A DNA stretch of 63,520 bases, counting the filler, from Collodictyon triciliatum (lineage: Eukaryota): the NCBI GenBank assembly GCA_043381765.1. It is 4 parts of 4 records of this genome, joined end to end, with 100 filler letters (N's around TTAATTAATTAA, not from the genome) between each part and the next. Parts side by side here need not be neighbours in the genome. Positions count along the whole stretch, not along the records: positions 22,349 to 44,454 come from JBHJMP010001157.1; positions 44,555 to 62,399 come from JBHJMP010001166.1; 2 more parts are not named here. One strand, 5' to 3'. The notes below the pieces were generated by a model. It ran no database searches, was not told where the DNA came from, and saw only the letters and a program-made list of their open reading frames with translations. Both the position numbers and the translations under genes were made by a program. Positions 40,115 to 51,123 of this stretch are shown in pieces; the stretch's first letter is position 1, and every line of letters begins with the position of its first letter.

Positions 40115-42406
40115 TTAAGCAAATCTATGTTGAAAATCCCAATGTTTCTGTATAGCTGCTCGTGTTAAATCGCTGTCGTGTCTTTGTGGGTACTCGTATC
40201 CAACATGAAATCCTTCTACATTTAGATGATCGATACTCCATATAATCTTGTTTTGTAACAAACTTAACAATATCATTTTTCTTGCCATTGCTGTGGATGG
40301 TCTTTTTCCATCCATGGGATAATATTTTTTGGGATCCAAATTTAATGCAGCCGTGTAAGCGTTCATCATGACATTTACCCCACATTCTGTATCGTTGTCC
40401 TGACGATACAAAGAATCGTGCATATCAATATGTTCATATTGTTTCCAATTATCGAAATATTTATCTGTACCGAAATGCCTTTTGCATTCTGATTGAAAGT
40501 AAAATCCTAACTGTCTAACAGCGAGAGTGCTAGCACTCACAGTACGATTAAAATCTTCTGTATCGACAGGTTCCAAATTGTCATAATATCGCAATTGCTT
40601 GTTTTCGTTGTCAATCACAAACAATGTCCAGTGATTTCCATTTATATGACACGGTATAAAGACCTTTTTGTATGCAAAAATGTTTGTTTTTAGTGTAATA
40701 TTATGCATCATTTCAGGACAAAAAGGACGATTGCTTTTTGCTTTCATTAACATATAAAAAAATGCCGTGTTAAATGTAAAACACATGGGAGTCATGTAAT
40801 TTGTTTGCGATTCGTCCGAGTACATTTTTTGGCAAATTAATATCAAAAATGCAGTAATCACATTTCCGTCAATCCAATTATAATTTAATAGCGTGCTTGC
40901 ATCTTCGTATGTTAAAACTGCTTGTTGTCGATCAAACTGATATGCCAATACCGGAGGATCTTCTTTAGTTGACTTTTTCTTCCACGATTGCATATATTGG
41001 TTCAATTTTTTTATGTGCTCGGCAGATAATTTGCCAAACACACACATCTTATCGTCCCAGTTCGGATTGCCGCGTTGATTGGTGTCTACATATTTCATTT
41101 CATATGTAAATTTACTTGGCTGCTGACCTGGTTTTAACAATTGATTACGTAAATAATGATCGGCCCAAAACCAGCTTGTAGTATAATATATATTATGCCA
41201 AAATTCTTTTTTATCTTGTTCAAAATCTTCTTCCTCGTCCTTACTTTTGACTATATCTTCATTTACATCTTTTGATGTGTCCAATTCATCGGCGAACACC
41301 TCTTCCACGTCACTCTCTGCTGGGCCAACATCAGGTTCATTTTCATCAGCCATTTCCGCATCAGTTGTTTCTTCGACCTCTGTTAGGTCATCTTCGGCTT
41401 CTATATGCACGTACGGCTCCGCACTTGCTTCCGATTGTTCTGTTTCTTCATCTGGTTCTTCAGGCGCAAAACTTACACTGTTTCGTGATTGAATTTCTTG
41501 ATCAGATTCTTCACTTGACGAAGATATTTCGTATATGCTCGCCCGTGACATATTGCTTGGCGTGCTGATTGCGCTAAATGAGGTATTTCGAGATGACGTA
41601 TTTACATTATCAAATCCATGCGAGTCTAAGCTACTGTCCATTTTAGATGATTTTTTCTTTGTATTAAATCGCGACCGCGTTCGCCCGTCATCAGGAATCA
41701 CGTCTTCTTGATGTCTGTACACACGGCGCGGCACCGTATTTTTCATTGTCTCCTTCACAGCAATTCTTGTGCCATAATTTCCGCGTTTGCTTCCTTCCGG
41801 CTTGTAATCAGCATAAATTTCTACTGGTTTATCTTTACTAGCATATATATTTTTATCTGCTACAACATATGCCGCTTTTGGATTCCTTGAACGCGACGAC
41901 ACAGCAAAATGTGCATTTTCATGCGAATTTTTTGAATGCTGCACGTATCGGCCCACATCGGTGTCAGTTTTTCTGGCATCAATGAATTTCCCATTCGGCA
42001 ATTTTATCAAATATTTGCCTTGTTTGTGATCATACCGTTGATCTTTTTGGCTTTTTGTCAGAATTTCTCCAGTGTATGGAGCAATAACTTCTCCTTCTTT
42101 AACATTTTCCGTTACATACAGCCCTTTTGGATCATGTTTGTGCACGTGGCTGTCTTTCACGCGCAATCCATACTGTTCTTGCAAATGCACCCAGCAAAAT
42201 GGAAAAGTAGACACACACTTTTGACCGCACCTCTTCCCATTCTGGTTCACCGCTTTACAGCTGTTGCCTTTATTGGGCTTCAGAGGCTGCCTGCTGTCGT
42301 TTACATCAGTGGCCGGTTCCGATATGTGTTGCAAATCAAACAGCGCTTTGTTATGATGGTGGCTCCTTCTTTTCAATTTGTTATACACTGACAACATTTT
42401 TATCAT
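40115..42406 (-). CDS. Zn finger - SET domain - acidic linker - Ulp1/SENP (C48) cysteine protease fusion
   Basis: Zn finger C.A....G.RC...C.....FCWVH. SET motifs KGLYV, PYTGE, IDA, GRYVQHS and EIYADY. C48 motifs NWIDGNVI, FNTAFF, IPCHINGNHWTL, YYD and QDNDTECG. Confidence 0.88.
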   Translation of the reverse strand: MIKMLSVYNKLKRRSHHHNKALFDLQHISEPATDVNDSRQPLKPNKGNSCKAVNQNGKRCGQKCVSTFPFCWVHLQEQYGLRVKDSHVHKHDPKGLYVTENVKEGEVIAPYTGEILTKSQKDQRYDHKQGKYLIKLPNGKFIDARKTDTDVGRYVQHSKNSHENAHFAVSSRSRNPKAAYVVADKNIYASKDKPVEIYADYKPEGSKRGNYGTRIAVKETMKNTVPRRVYRHQEDVIPDDGRTRSRFNTKKKSSKMDSSLDSHGFDNVNTSSRNTSFSAISTPSNMSRASIYEISSSSEESDQEIQSRNSVSFAPEEPDEETEQSEASAEPYVHIEAEDDLTEVEETTDAEMADENEPDVGPAESDVEEVFADELDTSKDVNEDIVKSKDEEEDFEQDKKEFWHNIYYTTSWFWADHYLRNQLLKPGQQPSKFTYEMKYVDTNQRGNPNWDDKMCVFGKLSAEHIKKLNQYMQSWKKKSTKEDPPVLAYQFDRQQAVLTYEDASTLLNYNWIDGNVITAFLILICQKMYSDESQTNYMTPMCFTFNTAFFYMLMKAKSNRPFCPEMMHNITLKTNIFAYKKVFIPCHINGNHWTLFVIDNENKQLRYYDNLEPVDTEDFNRTVSASTLAVRQLGFYFQSECKRHFGTDKYFDNWKQYEHIDMHDSLYRQDNDTECGVNVMMNAYTAALNLDPKKYYPMDGKRPSTAMARKMILLSLLQNKIIWSIDHLNVEGFHVGYEYPQRHDSDLTRAAIQKHWDFQHRFA

Positions 42407-42479
42407 ATGTCTAGATTTTTATTAACACTACATATGCACCCGATTAATACAAAAAGCTTTTTATTTATAGATATATTAT

Positions 42480-43469
42480 TTATGAAGAACCACCAAATAA
42501 ATTTGCTGGTCGTTGTGGAGAGACAGTTCTTCCAACATTATATGGTTGTGCATACCTTACATTGTATCCTCCCTGTCCTGAAAGTGTTGGCCCGTTTTGT
42601 CCCGCAGGTTGGAGGGGACTAAAAGGGTTTGTAGTTGTATTATTATGAACACGTGCAGATACATTCATAGTACGGTTCGGATTATCTGAGATATTCACAG
42701 AATTATTTGCAGACAAAGCTCCTGTCCTAATAGGTTCACGTCTAATTCCTTGCATCATCTGCTTAAATGTTGACTCATTGATGTTACCTCCAGTGGGCGC
42801 TGTGAATTGAGAATGATGCAGTGGATCTGTTGCACTAGCTAATTTCTGTGTCGGTTTGATATAATCATCAAAGAATCTAGGAGCAAACATCCCCTTAATG
42901 TATTGACGATTTCTCACGTCTACATGTTGTTGCATAGGCTCCATGAAATTTGTATTATACAACGCTGGTTCTATGCGTCCTGTAGCCATTGCATATGCCG
43001 TTAGCACATCTTCCTGGTTTCGTATGCCCATCAAATTCATTCTAGCAATTTTTTTCTGAAAATCAAGCGACTCGTCAATAGCTTTTATTCTTCGGTCAAA
43101 CCATCCCGGGTTAATTTCGCGCGACAATTTAAGTTGCGCTGGGTCGCGGTGATCAAAAATCGTTGCATACCAAGCATCAAAATTGCGCATTTCTTGTTGT
43201 TTCGCCTTGTCATACAAATAATCAACTGTTCCTTCGTCAAGATTTCTCTGACCCCATGTTTGTTGATCCAAGGATAATTTTAACGCCATTTTCGATTCTT
43301 TGTCAATGTCGCGATTGTCTTCGAATTTTGCCGGATAATACGCATCTTGGGCTCTCAATTCTTGCGTTTCTAGATCTACCGGATCGATATGGCCAAGAGT
43401 CTGGACGGGTGCTGACCCTTCCACCTCTTTTCGGCTCATTGTCTTTCCCAATGATTTATATGAATTCAT
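42480..43469 (-). CDS. Hypothetical viral protein (329 aa from ATG 43469)
   Basis: Long ORF with a helical core and an N/P/G-rich tail. The ORF-track TTG start runs into the repeat. Confidence 0.8.
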   Translation of the reverse strand: MNSYKSLGKTMSRKEVEGSAPVQTLGHIDPVDLETQELRAQDAYYPAKFEDNRDIDKESKMALKLSLDQQTWGQRNLDEGTVDYLYDKAKQQEMRNFDAWYATIFDHRDPAQLKLSREINPGWFDRRIKAIDESLDFQKKIARMNLMGIRNQEDVLTAYAMATGRIEPALYNTNFMEPMQQHVDVRNRQYIKGMFAPRFFDDYIKPTQKLASATDPLHHSQFTAPTGGNINESTFKQMMQGIRREPIRTGALSANNSVNISDNPNRTMNVSARVHNNTTTNPFSPLQPAGQNGPTLSGQGGYNVRYAQPYNVGRTVSPQRPANLFGGSS

Positions 43470-43513
43470 TGTAATTAACTTAATTAAATCAAAATTAGAA
43501 ATTTTATACTTTA

Positions 43514-43642
43514 CCCCATCGGCACGGCCCTCCTGCGCGCTCCACCCTAAATCCTTGCCCAACCCTAGCTTACGCCCTGTCTTACCGGCTACTCACGCAG
43601 GCCCTCAACATTCATGCCATATTGAGTGCCCCTAAATAACAA
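43514..43642 (-). repeat. Right copy of diverged ~130-bp inverted repeat
   Basis: Its reverse complement aligns to 22658-22785. Confidence 0.9.
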
Positions 43643-43932
43643 TCTTCCTCTCCTTTTTTAGTTTTTGGTTTTTCTCTTGCTGGTTTTTTTGATTGAGGTT
43701 CATAAGTCTGTGGTTTAGTTGGAGGTGTTCTTGTTGTTTGAACTGTCCTTGATGATTCAGCTGAACCTTGCTCTATCATTTTTGTTGCAATAACTCTCAT
43801 CAATTGATATTTATTAAGTTGCCCTTCCGGTATTTTTAATTCTCTAGCTTTCTCTTTCCAATATTCAAGACTTCTGTTTTCTCTATTTAATTCATCATAT
43901 TTTTTTTGTACACGATCTTCTCTGCTACTCAT
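43612..43932 (-). CDS. Small basic protein (106 aa)
   Basis: ATG ORF whose last codons lie in the repeat hairpin. Confidence 0.7.
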   Translation of the reverse strand: MSSREDRVQKKYDELNRENRSLEYWKEKARELKIPEGQLNKYQLMRVIATKMIEQGSAESSRTVQTTRTPPTKPQTYEPQSKKPAREKPKTKKGEEDCYLGALNMA

Positions 43933-43964
43933 ACTTTAGTTTATATAATTTTCTTGGCCATAAT

Positions 43965-44324
43965 ATGATTGTAGACGTACGAAAAGGTGCAAGAGGTGTC
44001 GGTCGATTTCTAACAAGACATACAGAAGGCGCATTACAAAAACTCAAACGATTGGACGACGCATATTCAGATTTGAATCGAGCATCCGGTGGCTTAGTCG
44101 AGTTGGGCTTGCAAAGCACAGGAATCAAACCAGCTTTTCAAACAATAGCCAATCCTTTGGTCAGCACAATTACCGCAGCCAATTATTTGGGCCGTGGTCT
44201 TTCAACCTTGGGAAATACTGAATTTAAATTAACAAATGCCCGGGCAATAGGTTCAGGAATTCAAGACCTCGGTCAGGCTTATGTCTTGGCATCAACAGGT
44301 CGAGGTTTTCGGCCTATGACATAA
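43965..44324 (+). CDS. Gly/Ala-rich protein with amphipathic N-terminus (119 aa)
   Basis: ATG ORF containing VRKGARGVGRFLTRH. Confidence 0.7.
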   Translation: MIVDVRKGARGVGRFLTRHTEGALQKLKRLDDAYSDLNRASGGLVELGLQSTGIKPAFQTIANPLVSTITAANYLGRGLSTLGNTEFKLTNARAIGSGIQDLGQAYVLASTGRGFRPMT

Positions 44325-44454
44325 TCGCCGCCGCCCCCTCCAACAACTTTCCGCCTCCGCTTGATGATCGGGTGGTGGAGGTTGAGGCAAAAACCCCGGG
44401 CTCCAATCGCCTATATTTTTCTATTTTATTTTTTTAAAATTTTAAAATTTTAAA

Positions 44455-44554
44455 NNNNNNNNNNNNNNNNNNNNNNNNNNNNNNNNNNNNNNNNNNNNTT
44501 AATTAATTAANNNNNNNNNNNNNNNNNNNNNNNNNNNNNNNNNNNNNNNNNNNN
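44455..44554. other. Artificial contig linker
   Basis: Ns plus TTAATTAATTAA at 44499-44510. Confidence 0.97.
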
Positions 44555-44611
<57 letters not shown>

Positions 44612-44708
44612 CTTTTTTTCTTTTTTTCTTTTTTTCTTTTTTTCTTTTTTTCTTTTTATCTCGAGCTTTTCCATCATTAATTTTGAAGGTAACTTTTTTT
44701 CGAAGGCC

Positions 44709-47700
44709 ATGGAAGTCGAAAGAGATCACTCCCAAACCGTCGAGGAGCTTATCGTGCATATCCGATCGCAGGCAATAGCCGGATTATTATTGCTCTTTAA
44801 TTGCCTTTTAGACATGTATTACCGCGGTTTGCACCTTGCATTTTATTTTTTTATATATATTTATTTCATACAAACATCAATATATTATGCACCATTAGTA
44901 ATTTGCTCTTTACTGCAGCTCCGCGCGACTGAACGAGACTTAAGACTTGGAGATTCTCATCAGAATCTATGTATTTTTAATTTAATTCCAGTTTGCTTGC
45001 TTCAGTTTGTTTGATTCAGAATCAAATATGAAAAGGCTGTGATATTTTCTTTTGGAATAATCATATTGCAAACAGTTTTGCCAATTATAATTGCATGGCT
45101 ATTTACCAAAGGCTACGACTACTCACTTTCGAGACTGCAAGAAACGAAATCCAGGGTTCTAGGCTACCTGGGCGACATAAATAACATTCTGGAACAATCG
45201 CGTAGGGAAAAAAACCCCCTTTTTTATCGAAAGTCATTATTATATGCTTTCATATCTCAATTATTCTTTCACAGATTCGATAATTTCTCCACTTTAATAT
45301 TAATTTCGTTTATAACCAACAAGAGCCGTTTATATTGGATCCAATATACCGCAAGAAGCTCACCCGAGTCAGTTTCACCTCAACCAAATAAGAGCATCTT
45401 CTTACTCTATTATTTATCACACTAACGTCGCTTAGCTTGAGACTTGGTCAGTGGTGTAATAGATGCATTTGTTTTTCCTTGATTTTAAATTGTGCTATCA
45501 ACGCATCGAATAGGCCGCAAGTACATCTAGCCGAGCCATCGCATCTGTCAAGCTCAAAGATTCCATCAAAAGTTGCATGAACATGCTGCATGAGTACAAG
45601 GTGCTTTACTCCATCATATGAAAAAAAAAAAAGTTAACGCAAAACTTTAAGATGATGTTTTTACACCCTTCGTGATGACAATATCAAACAAACACAGGGA
45701 CAGTTGAAGTCTGGAGCCATTGAAAAGATCTTTAACTCATCCACATTCGAGAAACAAATTCGAGATATATGTACTACTGTGGGGGTCACCTTTCATTTAG
45801 GTGCGTTTCGAGTGAGATGAATGTCATTGGTCGAATAGTTTATCATGATTTTTTTGTCGGCTTGCGAACCAAAGCCAACATTTCCATCATCCTGCAAAAA
45901 AAAAAAAAATTGAAAGGAAGAATAAAAAAAAATCATGATTTTTTATATATAAGTAAACTTAACAAGTGTAAATATAGATTGTATAATGTATAATGTATAA
46001 TTTCCCATACATAGAGCCCCCAAAGTGGACATTCCTTTTAGAGGAATCTGTGGTAGATGTAAGCAATATCTTGTCATTATTTCAGATAATATATTTCCAT
46101 AGGATTTTTTTTGTAATTATTCATAATGATAGTAATAAAGTATAATTATGATTAGATTTACGTCGACCATTTAAGTGGCCCTTACCAAGTGATTCATGAA
46201 TGTGCGATCTCAGACGGCATGACCATCGAAAAACATCTAGGCGATTTGCTGCAACTATTAAAGTATCGCTTTCTAATTAATGAATCTAGTCTTCATGATG
46301 CATGGTATCCAGAGCATAGTCGCCTTAATATGTAATGGTTGCATACTTTCCGGATAATATGTATAGCGCCCACGACATGAAACAATTTCAGGAAAGAGTA
46401 ACCAACCTTATCCTATGGGAAAGGTTTTCTCTTTAATTCAACCATTTATACTTTTTTCACTGATAATCTTCTTTTGTACCGAAGCCTCTCGTTTCTTTTT
46501 GTGGTTGACAATATCCATGTACAGAACGAGTCTAATCAACGGCACTAATGTGCCTTCTCCCGTTGTTCTGGAGTCAACCCTCCAACAATATGTCTCAGAC
46601 TTGGCTTCACATATGAGGTACGTCACGGTTTGACCTATTGATAAGTTCTAGCCAAACAAAACAAAAGAAAATTATGATTTTACTCTGACTCGATGGTTGT
46701 CTCTTGAATCACCACAAAAACATTTTGAAATTAATGGACAGAGTCATACTTTTTTTCCGATTTTTTTTTTACTATATTTATTTGACCTAGTGGCGTCAAA
46801 ATTCGGCTATTTCGAATTTCTAATGGATTCAACTTGTATTATCACCCACCTGCAACAACAGAGCATGAAAGCATGGATGAATCATGCTATGAACTTCTAG
46901 GTTTGAAATATTTCGATGTGATGTTTTAATTGACCCAGTCTTGAAGTATACTATTCTTAATTTTTTTATCTTAAAAAAATCGTGGTTGTGTTAATCTTAC
47001 AAAGTCTTTTTACTTCAGAAAAGCACTACAGTCATAAAATAACCATTCTTTTTGAGAACGGGTAATCAGAAATTATTTACTATATCCCATTTACTTTACC
47101 TATTTTTCATTTTTTTTCGTATCAATCACTCTCAAATGAAAAAAATCACAGAGCATTTTTCTTGAAACTGAGTCCTCATGTCAACATATCATTGACAGCA
47201 ATACAGCAACACCCAAGTACTGATTTCATCTTAGCGATGTTAAGGCAAAAAAAAAAAAAAAAAAACGATTATGGCATAAGCTTTTCTTTTAGATGCCAAC
47301 TAATTTTTTCACTCCTTTAAACCTGGCAGATGTATTCCCTCCTGTCCTGAATGCAAGCTTGCGAGACCCATTGGAATATTTGGCTCCCAAATACTTCAAG
47401 CGCGACTTACACGAGAAAGAGGTAACGCTCCACTCCATCTGATTTATCACACAACAATACTGCTGCATTTTTATTTATATTTACTAACATATATTATTAT
47501 AATCATTTTTAAAATAAAATTTATTCCAAAGGTTGAAATGACCGACATAAAACTGGTGAGCGATTCATGTTACAATCTTTATCACTATCTCGTTTTCTTA
47601 AGATTTTTTAATGCAATTATTTACATCGAACTAAAAAGCACGTGAGGGAATTTTTGTTTACTGGCCCTGCTTTTCACATGGGTTCCCAACCATACACAAT

Positions 47701-48230
47701 CAATAAAATACCATTCGTCAGCATCGACCAAATTAAGCCCTTTTACTTGGTGATTTCCCGTCATTATTTTATTTCCTTTCTTTTCTCTTCATTCTGATAG
47801 TGAATCATATATTATGACTATTTGTTATTAAGACGACACTGGTCCATCATTATCTGATTTATTCTTTTCGCAACAACAATTACAATTTTGCATCTTCAAA
47901 TACCAATAGCTTCATCCTAATTAGATATTGACCCAAACAATTTCCTTTGAAAGGCTACGAAGCTCCCTTGCTGATTACCCAGCAGACACCACAGGTTTAC
48001 TGAACTTTTTTTTTCTTCCTTTTTTTATCCTTTTTCAAGTTTATCCTCGAACCAACCCCTCTTAAAAAATATATATATTTTTTGTGTAAAAAAAAAAAAG
48101 ATGGGACATACAAAGAGACATTCCCCGTCGAAGTATGGCTGAATACGCCAAACTCCATCGAGGTATCGTGGATGGACACTGAATCCGCCAGGTTGATTGG
48201 ACTCAAGTTTGTTGTTGGTCTTGGAGGTTG
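44709..48230 (+). CDS. Intron-rich hypothetical protein (approximate bounds)
   Basis: Chain of GT-AG bounded coding-like exons from MEVERDHSQ... to ...LIGLKFVVGLGG*. No family recognised. Confidence 0.55.
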
Positions 48231-49289
48231 ATTTCTTAACCCATTTAACATGTCTTTATCCGTCAACTGTCGAACGAGTGTGATTGCTTCATGGATGCAG
48301 GGTATTGACGGACGCTTGTAGGGGCGTCTCGTGTGGAGCCTTTGGCAGAGGAGATGGCAGACTCCTTCCCTGGCAACTATCTCAACACCATTCTTTCAAA
48401 GAGCAACTCCGTTCCGCACGTCCTGTACTATGCGCTTCAAAAGAAGTATTGCAAGCGCAGAGCAAATCAGGACTCGATGGAATAAATGACCAAAACGAAG
48501 GGGAAAGAGGGAATCAGAGGCCGCCAAGGCATGTTTGGCTGGAATGGTGTGGCCAGGATTTGTATCCGAGGTATTTGCCAAGCTTGAATATGAAGAAGTC
48601 ATCTTGGGGGAGGCGGTGGTGTGCTTTTTATATGACCGGTCATTTTTTTTCAAGCGAGAGAATGATTAAGATTATTCACACTTTTTAACAACGTTTAAAA
48701 AAAAAAAAAAAAAGGAAAGGTATGTGGTAAGTTGGCAAAACATCAATCCTTTAAGATAAATGGGGTTTTTTTTTCCCAGAATGAAGGAATGAATGAAGAA
48801 AAGAATGGCTATGGTGTTTGTCTCCGTTTGCTTTCGACACAGTTAAGGACAAAAATCAGTGAAACGAGTATTCGTAGCCCATATCCCTTTCGAATATCCA
48901 CCTTTGAGGGTCGCGCACATTTACCACACAGCATCCCCGCGACTTTTGCGCAGTGGACATGCAACAGCTCCAGAATGGCGCTGCGCCGGGTGTCTGCGCT
49001 TTCTTCAAGGACAAGACATGGCGAAATATGTAAATAGATTGATGTGTGGATCAGAAGGGATTGTAAAAGGAAACAGTATGTGCATAAACTTCAAGCAGGG
49101 GTAGATGAGGATAGAGTGTGTTTTCATCGGACTGTGCGCCATTTCAATGACCAAATTGCTCATGTGATCATACTTCTTATTTTAAATGGTGGATACAGCA
49201 AGAAATCCTTTTTAAAATCAATAAAACAAAAAAATGTGGAATCACAAAAGAATAATCCAGTAGATGTGTATGTAATAGAAAAATAGAAA

Positions 49290-50381
49290 CCCAAACTCCA
49301 GAGTGAGAATATTCGTAAGATTTTGGCTTCCGGCTGTATTTCCCGTTGGTCAGGGCATCGCTCTCTTTCCTCAGCTGAACAAAGTGACCGATTCAAGTAA
49401 GGTAAGTAAAATATGTCCTCAAACTATAAATTTCCTCCCTGTTTTTGATAAAAATGATAGTAGTAATAATTCTAATGTAGGCGGGATACCTTCTCAATTT
49501 CCTGCCGTGCTTTTCTGACCATCTCTCTGTGTTTCTCTTGTTCTTCCATTTCAAAGGCCTCTTTTCGTAGCCGTATCGCTTCGCTAATCTTTGGGTCAAA
49601 CCTTATGTATATTTTACATTGACAGATTAGACATAGGAATCAAATGAACGGTCTCTCTCTCTCTCTTCTTTTTTTAAAAAAAATATAAAAAAAAAAAACG
49701 AGTGATGAATGATATGGATGCGAATTTTCTTGTTTGTGAGATATTTAATGTTGATAATTAATTTAGGCCATGATATAATCGCTGTTTAGATATGGGATGG
49801 TATATATGGATACATGCATGCTCTTTTACATATCATAAAGGTTTACTGACATCCCCTTCTTTTTCAGTTCTCGTACTCGCTCCTGCTCCATCTTCACCTT
49901 TTCAAAAGGAGAACGATACTCGAACGGAGCAGTGGATCTCCGATCAAAGTCGTAGTTTGTTGGTCTTCTTTGGACTGGGCCAGCAGATCTGTGATGTAAG
50001 CATGTCTTTGCATCAATATAATAGGGAGGTCAAGCAGCCAAATGAGAGTGCCATCTGCACGAACAAATAAACTGGCAAGTAAGCGGTATATCAGGTTTAT
50101 AATTAACAGTTATTTCAGTGGGTGGTTTCATAGGCAATTGGGTAAGATCATCTCCATATCGAAATATATAATTATTTAGGTTGAGGGTGTGACTGAGAGG
50201 AAGGGGAGTGAATTACTTTGGTCTCGGTTTGGAAGACACAAGAGGAATGCTCGAATCCAGCGTTGGCTGATCGGCCAAAAGAAACCCACGGAGAAGTGCT
50301 GGTGATCGGGCCAGAAACTCTGCTGAGGACCGACTTGAAACTGGAAGAGTATCGCGTTCGTTCCGACGGCCTTGGCTCATT
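49290..50381 (-). CDS. Small multi-exon coiled-coil hypothetical protein (approximate)
   Basis: Exon-like pieces EKVKMEQERVRELKKKG and ISEAIRLRKEAFEMEEQEKHREM. Confidence 0.35.
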
Positions 50382-50409
50382 TCCCAGAGTTACTCTCCTG
50401 GAGCACTAG

Positions 50410-50646
50410 TTTTGAGCTTTTTTCTTTTCTTTTTGCTTTTTTGCTCTTCTGCTTTTTTGCTTTTTTGCTTTTTTGCTTTTTTGCTTTTTTTCTCTTTTTC
50501 TCTTTTTTTCTCTTTTTTTTCTCTTTTTTTCTCTTTTATTCTTTTTTATTCTTTTTTATTCTTTTTTATTCTTTTTTATTCTTTTTTATTCTTTTTTATT
50601 CTTTTTTATTCTTTTTTATTCTTTTTTATTCTTTTTTATTCTTTTA
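50410..50646. repeat. T-rich tandem repeats including (TTTTTTATTC)n
   Basis: Seen directly. Confidence 0.9.
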
Positions 50647-51123
50647 CTCCAGCGCTTTGAATCGAATAAAGGAAAAAAAAATTCTTTTACTCCAGCGAAG
50701 ATCGGAGCGGACTTTATGAGAATCTTGAAAGGTGTGACTGTTCACCGATGAGAATAAACTCCAGAAATGTCACAACGGATTCCTCACTTACGACGCAGCA
50801 GTAAGAGAGTGCACTGGCCGCACGAGTGAAAAAGTGTATTTCTGCAGGGTTGTTACTCTCGAATATTCCCCCATTCAATAGAAAACTCCAGAGTGTACCC
50901 TAATAAAATGTATTAATATGTCAAACTCGATAAGTGCGGCCTGAAACTATCTTATTATCATAAATTCCACAAATACACATATCATCAATGCTCTGCCCTT
51001 TTCTGGCGCCTGCTGAGCGAACGGAACAAAAGCACAAGCCAACAAGCTAGATGGCAGGTGCAGCCAAGGCGATCGCCAGGTTTTTGACTCTGTACTCACA
51101 CAGTTAAAGCAAACAAAGTCGGC

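Larger units (their letters stand above)
22349..44454. mobile_element. Virus-like contig: small Nucleocytoviricota relative (Mriyavirus/Yaravirus-like), partial genome or endogenous element
   Basis: Densely packed single-exon ORFs with no microsatellites. VLTF2-, VLTF3-, A32-ATPase-, SF3-helicase- and penton-like genes occur together. Confidence 0.8.

Noticed and set aside
43600-43630. SECIS or selenocysteine readthrough at the TGA in the hairpin
   Set aside because: There is no ATGA/GA quartet geometry with an AA apical loop, and the left copy has no upstream gene.
22349-44454. Classical Polinton/Maverick or bacterial prophage
   Set aside because: There is no pPolB, integrase or identical TIR, and no phage head-tail genes. 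VLTF2/VLTF3, AATAAA signals and an intron point to a eukaryotic NCLDV-related virus.
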